DNA from: an uncultured Gemmatimonadales bacterium
GTDB taxonomy: Bacteria; Gemmatimonadota; Gemmatimonadetes; Longimicrobiales; Gaopeijiaceae
Length of the DNA stretch: 64,000 bases
Reading direction: 5' to 3'
Assembly (NCBI GenBank): GCA_963809895.1
Contig: CAWELD010000010.1
Location: forward strand, 512,001-576,000
In this document: positions 9,146 through 16,434 of the stretch, in pieces
How positions within the stretch are numbered: position 1 is the stretch's first letter
How the letters are laid out: each line of letters opens with the position of its first letter
The notes under the pieces: model-generated
Seen by the model: the letters and a program-made list of their open reading frames with translations, nothing else
Told to the model about the DNA's origin: nothing
Databases searched by the model: none
Made by a program: the position numbers and the translations under genes

Positions 9146-9535
9146 GTGAGAATCCTACTACTCGCATTGCTTCTGACGCCTTTCACAATACTCGGGCGTC
9201 CCGCCCCGCTCTCAGCCCAAGACCCGCACCCCTGCTGGGGCTGCGAATCGATTGGGGGCGCCACGCTCTGTGTGAATGAAGATGGCGACACCGGTCGCAA
9301 GCAGACTTGCACGCAATACTGGGAACCGATCCACTGCGAGTTCAGTCTTGAGAATTGCCCGACCTTCGTGTATGACGAGTTGCCCGCCGACGCCTCGGTG
9401 ACTGTCGGGGGGACATTCCTTGGCGTCGGCTGGCCCGGTGTTACCGAGCAAGACTTGGAAATAAACCCCTGCACTGGCTTGGTGCTGACCATTGCTGACT
9501 ACCCTGATGCACCGCCGTTGACGATGACCTTGTAG
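9146..9535 (+). CDS. Small secreted Cys-rich protein B (129 aa, 7 Cys)
   Basis: RBS gaagaggg; signal peptide ending PLSA; six clustered Cys plus one in the C-terminal NPCTG. Confidence 0.75.
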   Translation: MRILLLALLLTPFTILGRPAPLSAQDPHPCWGCESIGGATLCVNEDGDTGRKQTCTQYWEPIHCEFSLENCPTFVYDELPADASVTVGGTFLGVGWPGVTEQDLEINPCTGLVLTIADYPDAPPLTMTL

Positions 9536-9613
9536 CGAGGCCTGGCCCCTCCCCTTTCCTAGGTCTCGGCTGACGAGAAGATAGGTTGCACCACCCGAGG
9601 TTGCAGATGACTC

Positions 9614-10699
9614 TTGAGATACACTTCCACTTGGATAATCCTTTCCTCCACCTGCTTGTTATTCATCATGGGGACCCCCGTGAGGGGTCAAGCATTCGAT
9701 GCCAGTCTCTCCTGGGAGGTGGGTGCAGCAGAAGGTGGTCCTGAAGAGTTGTGGACTTTCATCCGAGATGCGGTCGTGCTCGACGGCACCATATTCGTAG
9801 TAGACTCGGGAGCGCCCGCCATCCGGCTATTTACTCTGGACGGGCAATTCCTGAAGACAATGGGGCGTGCAGGTAGCGGACCAGGCGAGTACCGCATCCC
9901 CCTTTCGGTTGAGACGGCCGGTGACCGTGTGGCGGTGCTAGACCAAACACAGGGTCGCATCTCCTTGTTCGATAGTGGGGGCCGCTATGTCGAGACTCAT
10001 AGGTTGGGTGCGACACCGGTTCGCGTCTGGGAACTCTCCTCAGGTTGGACGCTGTCTCTCTACCGTGGCTACGTCGACGGACAGCTTTCCCTCCTCACGG
10101 CTCGACGCGACGCTAGGCTTGACACACTGGCAACCTTTCCTAATGCCTATGTCGAGTTTCATGTAGCTCCAAGAGGGTACCCGAGCGTCCCGAGCGTCAA
10201 TATCGTTGGCGGCATGGATGGCGCAGTGGCGGTCTTGAATGACTCGACGGTAGTCCTTGTGGATAGTGCATCGATCTTGAGGGTCCTTCGACCTCGAGCA
10301 CGCGGGTGGGTCGAGACGCTTGCGGAGCGTTTGTCAGTACGCTCTGAGCCGCTCTCCGACGCAGATCGACGTGCAGCTGCCGAAGTGGTGCATGCGGCAT
10401 TCCGGGACGATCCGCGCCTAGTAGATCCCACCTTCCCGGAGAAGTGGCCAACGTGGATCGACTCTCACGCCACGAAAGGTGTGGTGTGGCTCCGGGAGGG
10501 AGGCATGAAGGGTTCGTTCCTCGGTCGCTATCCCGAACGGTGGTGGCTATGGCAGCCGGGGCGAGGGGCTGCCCTCGGTCTCATCCTACCTGCCGGGACA
10601 CGAGCGCTTCGCTTTCTTGGCACGAAGGGTGTGATCGCAAAGCGCCAGACATCATTGGGTATAGAGGTCCTGCAATTCTTCAGGATCACGCCGTCGTAG
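9614..10699 (+). CDS. Secreted 6-bladed beta-propeller protein #4
   Basis: Signal-like N-terminus; IFVVD; MGRAGSGPGEY motif; C-terminal TSLGIEVLQFF. Confidence 0.75.
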   Translation: MRYTSTWIILSSTCLLFIMGTPVRGQAFDASLSWEVGAAEGGPEELWTFIRDAVVLDGTIFVVDSGAPAIRLFTLDGQFLKTMGRAGSGPGEYRIPLSVETAGDRVAVLDQTQGRISLFDSGGRYVETHRLGATPVRVWELSSGWTLSLYRGYVDGQLSLLTARRDARLDTLATFPNAYVEFHVAPRGYPSVPSVNIVGGMDGAVAVLNDSTVVLVDSASILRVLRPRARGWVETLAERLSVRSEPLSDADRRAAAEVVHAAFRDDPRLVDPTFPEKWPTWIDSHATKGVVWLREGGMKGSFLGRYPERWWLWQPGRGAALGLILPAGTRALRFLGTKGVIAKRQTSLGIEVLQFFRITPS

Positions 10700-10700
10700 T

Positions 10701-11135
10701 GTGGCAGCCAAGAGAAGGACCCGCGTCATGCTGGGAGGCGTTGCCGTCCTGACTTGCGTTGCGCAGGCCTTGTCGGGTGCGGAGGTTGTCGGTCAGGCGT
10801 CAGCATCCGGGGCGGAGGCCGTTGCAGATGTTCTCCTTCGAGAGCTCGGCATCACCACCACCGCGGGCTCCTCACCAGCGCCGATGGACGGTTCGGGTCT
10901 CGCCTCTCTGCAATCAGCAATCACAGGGCGCACGGCACTTGCACACGCGGTGCGAGGGCTTCTCTCTATGTGGCCAATCAGGGAGTCCTGCGACTCCTCC
11001 CAACAACCGACTGAACGCTGCGGGGATAGAGTCTGGCTGTGGAGTGTATTCGGTGCCTCTGAGCCGGCCGATCTACTGAGGTCGGCCGAGCGCATCGCGA
11101 CGGTTCTGGCCTACTGGATAGACAATCTGCAGGAG
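10701..11135 (+). pseudogene. Truncated hypothetical secreted protein fused in frame to repeat copy C
   Basis: Hydrophobic N-terminus directly after propeller #4; the frame runs into the ELVLEAVPTV repeat. Confidence 0.35.
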
Positions 11136-11253
11136 CTGGTGCTCGAAGCCGTACCCACGGTCCTCCCGCTCCCCGATGGCTCCATGGTGCTCCCGCAGCG
11201 AGACGCAGCCGAGCTGCGGCGCTTCAGGGCGTGCCCCTGGAGGCCGTGGCGTG
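11131..11253 (+). repeat. 90-bp repeat copy C plus shared 28-bp tail
   Basis: Eight differences from copy A, all synonymous in the propeller frame. Confidence 0.95.
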
Positions 11254-11439
11254 TCGTACCGTCCTCACGACGCGAGTCCCGGCATTCTCGCCGCCGGACC
11301 CGCCCCGTCCGCCCCTTCCAGCGCCCGCGTCGTGCCCCCCACTTGGGGCATGCCTCGCACCAACCGCGCCCACCGGCAGCGCCGTCGCCCATACGAGACG
11401 CCGCGCTTTCCTGCGGCGGCTCAAGGGTTCTCCCCCTCG

Positions 11440-11622
11440 GCGGTGTATCGCCCGCTTCGCCCCGCCACGACGCTCCTCTACCGGGTCGTCCAGCATCACC
11501 TCAACACCTTTCTCGTGCTGCGCGAACGGGACACGGGCCGCTCCGTCCCGACCTGGACCGAGAAGGAGTTCAGGCAGTACCTCACCTGCGGGATCTTGGC
11601 CCACGGCTTCGCCCGCATCCGC
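11440..11622 (+). mobile_element. N-terminal fragment of an IS91-family transposase (Zn-binding domain region)
   Basis: VYRPLRPATTLLYRVVQHHLNTFL...EKEFRQYLTCGILAHGFARIR, typical of IS91/ISCR N-termini; truncated. Confidence 0.8.
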
Positions 11623-11726
11623 TGGGCGCGGAAGTCGTCGGCGCACTCGGCGGCGATGCGCATCGCGTCTTCGAACGGGAGGGCGGACTTGAACCGCACC
11701 ATGAGGACGAGGCTGGGGTTCGGCAC
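11623..11726 (-). pseudogene. 5' fragment of a YdhR-like monooxygenase gene
   Basis: ggag RBS and GTG, then LVLMVRFKSALPFEDAMRIAAECADDFRA; cut by the IS fragment. Confidence 0.4.
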
Positions 11727-11833
11727 GGTGCGGCTCCGGCGTGAGGGGACTTCGGCGCCCGCTTGCTGCCGGTGACGGAGGAGGGGCAACTTGTCCGACG
11801 AAGTGCCATCCGAAAAGACCCCCGGGAATCCCA

Positions 11834-12769
11834 ATGCGACCGCTTTCGCTCTCCGCCTCCCTCGTCCTCGCCGCCGCCTGGGCCGGTGCCGCACCGGGAG
11901 GCGTCGCCGCCCAGTCCGCCGGCACCCGGCAGCAGGGCTCCTCGCCCTCCGAGGTGCTCGCCGCCTCCACCGACGCCGACTGGCGGAGTCCGGACCCCGC
12001 GCGAACGGTCTACTTCGAGCTCGCCGGGGGGCGCGTGGTGGTCGAGCTCGCCCCGCGGTTCGCGCCGAACCAGGTGGCGAACATCGAAGCGCTCGTCCGG
12101 GCGGGGATGTTCGACGGGGGCCACGTGGTCCGGAGCCAGGACAACTACGTGGCCCAATGGACGGTGCGGGATCCCGCCGGTGGGACGGAGCCGCCGGCCC
12201 TGGTGGCGACGCCGCTGCCCGGCGAATTCGAGATCCCGGCCGCGGGCTCTCCATTCACGCCCCTTCCCGACCCGGACACGTACGCGCCCGAGGTGGGCTT
12301 GGTGGACGGCTTCCCCGTGGCGCGCGACCCGGCGTCGGGCGTGACGTGGATGGTCCACTGCTACGGCATGGTGGCGGAAGCCCGGGGCAACGACCCGGAC
12401 TCCGGCAACGGCAGCCAACTCTACGCCGTCATCGGTCAGGCGCCCCGCCACCTGGACCGGAGCGCCACCATGGTCGGCCGGGTCGTGTCCGGCATGGAGC
12501 ACCTCTCCACGCTTCCCCGGGGCACGGGGAGCCTCGGCTTCTATGAGACCCCCGGGGAGCGCGCGCCCATCGCGCGCGCGGTCATGGCCTCGGACGTGCC
12601 GGCCGCCGATCGCTCGGCGGTGCAGATCCTGCGCACCGACACGCCGACGTTCCAGGCGTATGTCGCGGCGGAGCGCTTCCGGACGGAAGCGTGGTTCCAG
12701 CATCAGGCAGGTCGAATCGACGTGTGCAACCTCCGGCTTCCTACCCGCGCGACGCCCACGGGGCGGTAG
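11834..12769 (+). CDS. Periplasmic cyclophilin-type peptidyl-prolyl isomerase
   Basis: Signal peptide; [53 protein letters not shown]. Confidence 0.85.
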   Translation: MRPLSLSASLVLAAAWAGAAPGGVAAQSAGTRQQGSSPSEVLAASTDADWRSPDPARTVYFELAGGRVVVELAPRFAPNQVANIEALVRAGMFDGGHVVRSQDNYVAQWTVRDPAGGTEPPALVATPLPGEFEIPAAGSPFTPLPDPDTYAPEVGLVDGFPVARDPASGVTWMVHCYGMVAEARGNDPDSGNGSQLYAVIGQAPRHLDRSATMVGRVVSGMEHLSTLPRGTGSLGFYETPGERAPIARAVMASDVPAADRSAVQILRTDTPTFQAYVAAERFRTEAWFQHQAGRIDVCNLRLPTRATPTGR

Positions 12770-12849
12770 GCCGGGGCCCGGGCGCGTCGGCAGGACCCGG
12801 CGTCGTTCGCGGATGCGTTCGCCGACGCACGTGGCGGCAAGGGACGTCC

Positions 12850-14298
12850 TCAGCTTCCCTCGTACAGCCGCTCCAGGTCCACCAACTCGACATCCGAACG
12901 CCCTGCTGTTCGGGCCCGGAGCGAGTCATCGAACCTCGCTCCGATGAGCATCAGGCGCGCGTGGGCTGCCCGCGGTCCCAAGGCGGCTCGAGCGCGTTCG
13001 AGCCTGTGGAGGTGGCCGGTATCGAAGGTCTCGCCGGCCTTGGCCTCTGCGATGACACGCACGATGCGCTCCGCTGGGGGGGCGCCGTCGGTTTCGTCGG
13101 CAGCCACCACCACGTCGAGCTGGTGGTCGGTGCCGTCGATCGTGGCAACCGAGGGGCCGACGTGTTCGGGATCTCCATCCAGGGTGTTCCGGCTCGCGTA
13201 GCGGCGCACCCAGGTCCTCGCGATCTCTTCGAACACCGGCCCACGGACCTGAGAGTCGAAGGTGGCGACGAGCCGCCGCGCCCATGTCTCCGCGGGCGCG
13301 CGGTCCCTGAGGAGACGTGCGTGGGGCTCGAGGACGGCGTAGTGGAATTGCAGGAAGGGATCGGCCAGCGCATAGAGTGGCCGTTGGGCGCGGATGGGAT
13401 CCTCGTGACGAGCGACGAAACCGGCGGCCACCAGGCGATTCAGGGCAGGCGCCAGGTTGGACACCGGGCGGCGGAGCCGGTTGGCGATGGAGCCGGCCGT
13501 GACCGACCCGGTAGCGATGGCACCGAGAATGCTGTGATGCATGGACGCGCTCGCCGCAGCCAATGTCGGGTCCTCAGCGAGCAAAGTGTTCGCTTCGTGG
13601 TGGAGGGTGGCCGCCGGCGAGAGAATCCGTCGTGAGATCCAACGGTCGAAGTCCGCCTCGTCTTCGGGCAGGTCGTGGTCGACCATGTCGGTCGCATACC
13701 CGATCACCCCTCCTATGACCGAATACAGCCGGACGGCCAGCGTCAGATCGGCGTCGGGCAGCATGCGCTCCCGGGCCCCCCGGAAGTCCAACGGCTGCAT
13801 CACGAGCTCCAGCCCGGCGCGACCTCGCAACGGCGCTTCCCCCGCCGTCAGCGATCGCATCATCGCCACCGCGGACCCGCACAACACGAGGCGGCTCCGT
13901 CCCGGTCCGCTCCGGCGGCTTCCAGGCCCCAGGGCGCGGGCCACGATCGAGTCGAGGGCGGGGTCTCCCTCGAGCAGATAGCCGAATTCGTCGATCACCA
14001 CCGGGATCGGCTCGTCGGAGCCCAACGCCAGCAGCAGCTCCACGGCCTCGCTCCAATCACCGAGGGCCAGGCGGCCTGTCGCCTGCCAGGCACCGAGGGC
14101 CTCGCCGAGCCGGGCGAGATGGACGGCGGGCTCGCCGCGTGTGGCTTCCCAGTAGAAGCCTCCACGCTCGCGCGCCATCGCCTCCAGCAGCGTGGACTTG
14201 CCGATCCTCCGGCGACCGTACACCAGGCCCAGCGTGGGCCGAGTCACGTTCGAATCCAGGAAGCCCGCCAGGGGTGCGCGGCTCGTGGTCAGATCCAT
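12850..14298 (-). CDS. ATPase_2 (archaeal-type AAA) + wHTH + DUF234/PD-(D/E)XK-like protein
   Basis: YGRRRIGKS Walker A; VVIDEF Walker B; LCGS; GPVFEEIAR; QLDVVV...IAEAK. Confidence 0.8.
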   Translation of the reverse strand: MDLTTSRAPLAGFLDSNVTRPTLGLVYGRRRIGKSTLLEAMARERGGFYWEATRGEPAVHLARLGEALGAWQATGRLALGDWSEAVELLLALGSDEPIPVVIDEFGYLLEGDPALDSIVARALGPGSRRSGPGRSRLVLCGSAVAMMRSLTAGEAPLRGRAGLELVMQPLDFRGARERMLPDADLTLAVRLYSVIGGVIGYATDMVDHDLPEDEADFDRWISRRILSPAATLHHEANTLLAEDPTLAAASASMHHSILGAIATGSVTAGSIANRLRRPVSNLAPALNRLVAAGFVARHEDPIRAQRPLYALADPFLQFHYAVLEPHARLLRDRAPAETWARRLVATFDSQVRGPVFEEIARTWVRRYASRNTLDGDPEHVGPSVATIDGTDHQLDVVVAADETDGAPPAERIVRVIAEAKAGETFDTGHLHRLERARAALGPRAAHARLMLIGARFDDSLRARTAGRSDVELVDLERLYEGS

Positions 14299-14326
14299 GC
14301 CTCTTTCCGGGCCGAGAGGGGGTCTA

Positions 14327-14377
14327 TACTCTTCGCTAGAATACTATGATTGTTAATAGTATGCCAGCATGGAGTAT
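14327..14377. promoter_or_regulatory. AT-rich inverted repeat upstream of the ATPase gene
   Basis: atactat-N8-atagtat nested within atactc...gagtat. Confidence 0.4.
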
Positions 14378-14411
14378 TTGCCGTTGACTGACCCAGGGCC
14401 CCGCGGTTCCC

Positions 14412-14795
14412 CTATCCGCCGAAGGCCGCGGCCAGACCCCGATCGAAGGTGCGGATGCGTTCGACGTCGCGGCGTCGGCAGCAGGCGAGGTGAAGGAGGT
14501 CCCGGGCCGTGAGCCCGGGGTTCGCGCCCACGAGCGAGCGGGCCAGATCCACGTCTTCCCAGTCCACGGACCAGATCTCGCCCACCTGGGTGCGCGCCAG
14601 CGTGAGCGCGGCATCCAGCGTCTCCATCCGGTTCGCCGGCAGGTAGGCGTGGAGCAGCTCCTGGAGCACCTCCGCGGAGGTGACCAGCGTTTCAGCTGAA
14701 ACGCGCTCCCGCAGGAAGAACGCCCGCGCCTCTTCCTTCAAGGGATGCTCCCGACCCACGGCGTACATGAAGACGTTGGTGTCGACGAAGATCAT
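14412..14795 (-). CDS. vapC: VapC PIN-domain toxin, copy 2
   Basis: PIN motifs; ATGA overlap with the upstream antitoxin. Confidence 0.9.
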   Translation of the reverse strand: MIFVDTNVFMYAVGREHPLKEEARAFFLRERVSAETLVTSAEVLQELLHAYLPANRMETLDAALTLARTQVGEIWSVDWEDVDLARSLVGANPGLTARDLLHLACCRRRDVERIRTFDRGLAAAFGG

Positions 14796-15067
14796 GTCCC
14801 GCTTCCGCCGGAGCGCTGGGAGTCGCCGATGAGCCGCTTGTGCTGGTCCCAATCCGGTTCCCGGCCGGGCTCTCGGGCGTCGCACTCGTCGAAGAAGCGC
14901 TTCAGCTCGCTCTGGGTCTCGAGGCCGCGGCGACCTTCCGCGGCCTGCGCCCGTTCCCGGGCAGCTTCCCGTAGCCAGGCGCTCAGCGTCTTGCCCTCGC
15001 GCACCGCCATGCGCCTGAATCGCTCCTTCTCAGCGGCGTCGAGGACGAGATGAATGCGCTCGGTCAT
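14792..15067 (-). CDS. RHH/CopG-type antitoxin (VapB-like)
   Basis: ERIHLVLDAAEKERFRRMAVREGKTLSAWLREAA; coupled to vapC. Confidence 0.8.
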   Translation of the reverse strand: MTERIHLVLDAAEKERFRRMAVREGKTLSAWLREAARERAQAAEGRRGLETQSELKRFFDECDAREPGREPDWDQHKRLIGDSQRSGGSGT

Positions 15068-15198
15068 AGCAACCCCGGTGGGCTCATACTTAATACATAC
15101 ACATCAATCATACCCACGACCGGGATTTGCGACAAGAAACCTGGATCCAACGGTGAGGTGTTGCCGATCCGCCGGGCTGGTGATCGTGCGCCACCTCG

Positions 15199-16434
15199 CT
15201 ATCCCACCCCACGCCCTCCCAGCGCCCCCAGGCGCGCCCCGTCCAGGGCACCGAACAGGTGGGCCCGTCCGGGGAGGATGCGCACGCCCACGGCGTTGCC
15301 GACATCGGCGGTGTGATCCGGGCCGACGCGAGCCACCCAGGGCGCGCGACCGGGCCCTTCGAGGTGCAGAAGAAGCTCGCTGCCCAGGGCTTCTCTCCGT
15401 AGCACTGCGCTCTCGAAATGGACGCCGGACTCGGACGGTTTGCCCACCGCCAATCCCTCGGGGCGCACCCCGAGCACTGCGGGCCCCTCGGAGGGCGAGG
15501 GTTCGGGGGATTCTCTCGACGCCCCGGTACCGCTGCGGGGCGCCGCAGCCTCGCCGCCGGCTGCCGGCGTCGGCCGAGGCGACAGGTCTTCGGGCCGCCC
15601 GACCACGGTGAGCATCCCGGCGGTGAAGACCGGGCCACCGCCGTCGTCGGTGAGGACACCGTCGACGGTATTGATGGGTGGGCTGCCGATGAAGCGTGCC
15701 ACGAAGAGGTTGGCGGGAGTGTCGTAGATCTCCAGCGGCCGGCCCACCTGCTGCAGCTCGCCGGCCCGGAGCACGGCGATGCGGTCGCCGAGGCTCATGG
15801 CCTCCACCTGATCGTGGGTGACGAAGATCATGGTGGTGCCGAGACGCCGGTGGAGCGCGGCGATCTCGTCGCGCATCTCCAGCCGCAGCCGGGCATCCAG
15901 ATTCGACAGGGGCTCGTCGAACAGAAAGACGGCGGGCTCGCGCACGAGCGCCCGACCCAACGCCACCCGCTGACGCTGCCCCCCGGAGAGCTGCCCGGGA
16001 CGGCGGTCCAGGAGCTCGTCCAGGCCGAGCATGCCCGCGGCCCACGCCACTCGTCGCTGGATCTCGGCCGCCGGCATCTTCCGCATGCGCAGGGCGAAGG
16101 ACAGGTTGTCCCGCACCCGCATGTGGGGATAGAGCGCGTAGTTCTGGAAGACCATGGCCACGTCGCGCTCGCCGGGCTCGAGCTCATTGACCGTCCGGCC
16201 TCCGATGTGGATCTCGCCGGCCGTGGGTTCCTCGATGCCGGCGATCATGCGGAGCACGGTGCTCTTGCCGCAGCCCGACGGGCCCAGCAGCACCAGGAGT
16301 TCACCGCCCGCCACCTCCAGGTCCAGCGGCTGCACGGCGTCCACGTCGCCGAAACGCTTGGCGAGGCCGTGCAGCGCCAGGGGGGCGCCGGGCGTTGCGT
16401 GTTCCTGGTCAGACGCTCGGGGGGATTCCGTCAC
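15199..16434 (-). CDS. Sugar ABC transporter ATP-binding protein (MalK/UgpC family)
   Basis: GPSGCGKS, VFQNYALYPHM, LSGGQRQR, DEPLSNLD, YDTPANLFVARFIG; TOBE-like C-terminus. Confidence 0.92.
   Translation of the reverse strand: MTESPRASDQEHATPGAPLALHGLAKRFGDVDAVQPLDLEVAGGELLVLLGPSGCGKSTVLRMIAGIEEPTAGEIHIGGRTVNELEPGERDVAMVFQNYALYPHMRVRDNLSFALRMRKMPAAEIQRRVAWAAGMLGLDELLDRRPGQLSGGQRQRVALGRALVREPAVFLFDEPLSNLDARLRLEMRDEIAALHRRLGTTMIFVTHDQVEAMSLGDRIAVLRAGELQQVGRPLEIYDTPANLFVARFIGSPPINTVDGVLTDDGGGPVFTAGMLTVVGRPEDLSPRPTPAAGGEAAAPRSGTGASRESPEPSPSEGPAVLGVRPEGLAVGKPSESGVHFESAVLRREALGSELLLHLEGPGRAPWVARVGPDHTADVGNAVGVRILPGRAHLFGALDGARLGALGGRGVG

Noticed and set aside
4528..9535. Classical RiPP cluster (lanthipeptide, ranthipeptide or sactipeptide)
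   Set aside because: The peptides have Sec-type signals rather than double-Gly leaders, and there is no radical SAM, LanM, YcaO or C39 transporter gene nearby.
1521..11253. Integron attC sites or DGR template/variable repeats
   Set aside because: No integrase or reverse transcriptase gene, the repeats are not attC-like palindromes, and the differences are synonymous rather than adenine-specific.
10701..11744. Genuine 347-aa protein
   Set aside because: It is a chimeric read-through of a truncated gene, repeat copy C and out-of-frame IS sequence.
15199..16434. MalK-type ATPase as the missing partner of ADOP permease #1
   Set aside because: It is a sugar-importer ATPase with a TOBE-like tail, not a MacB/LolD-type ATPase.
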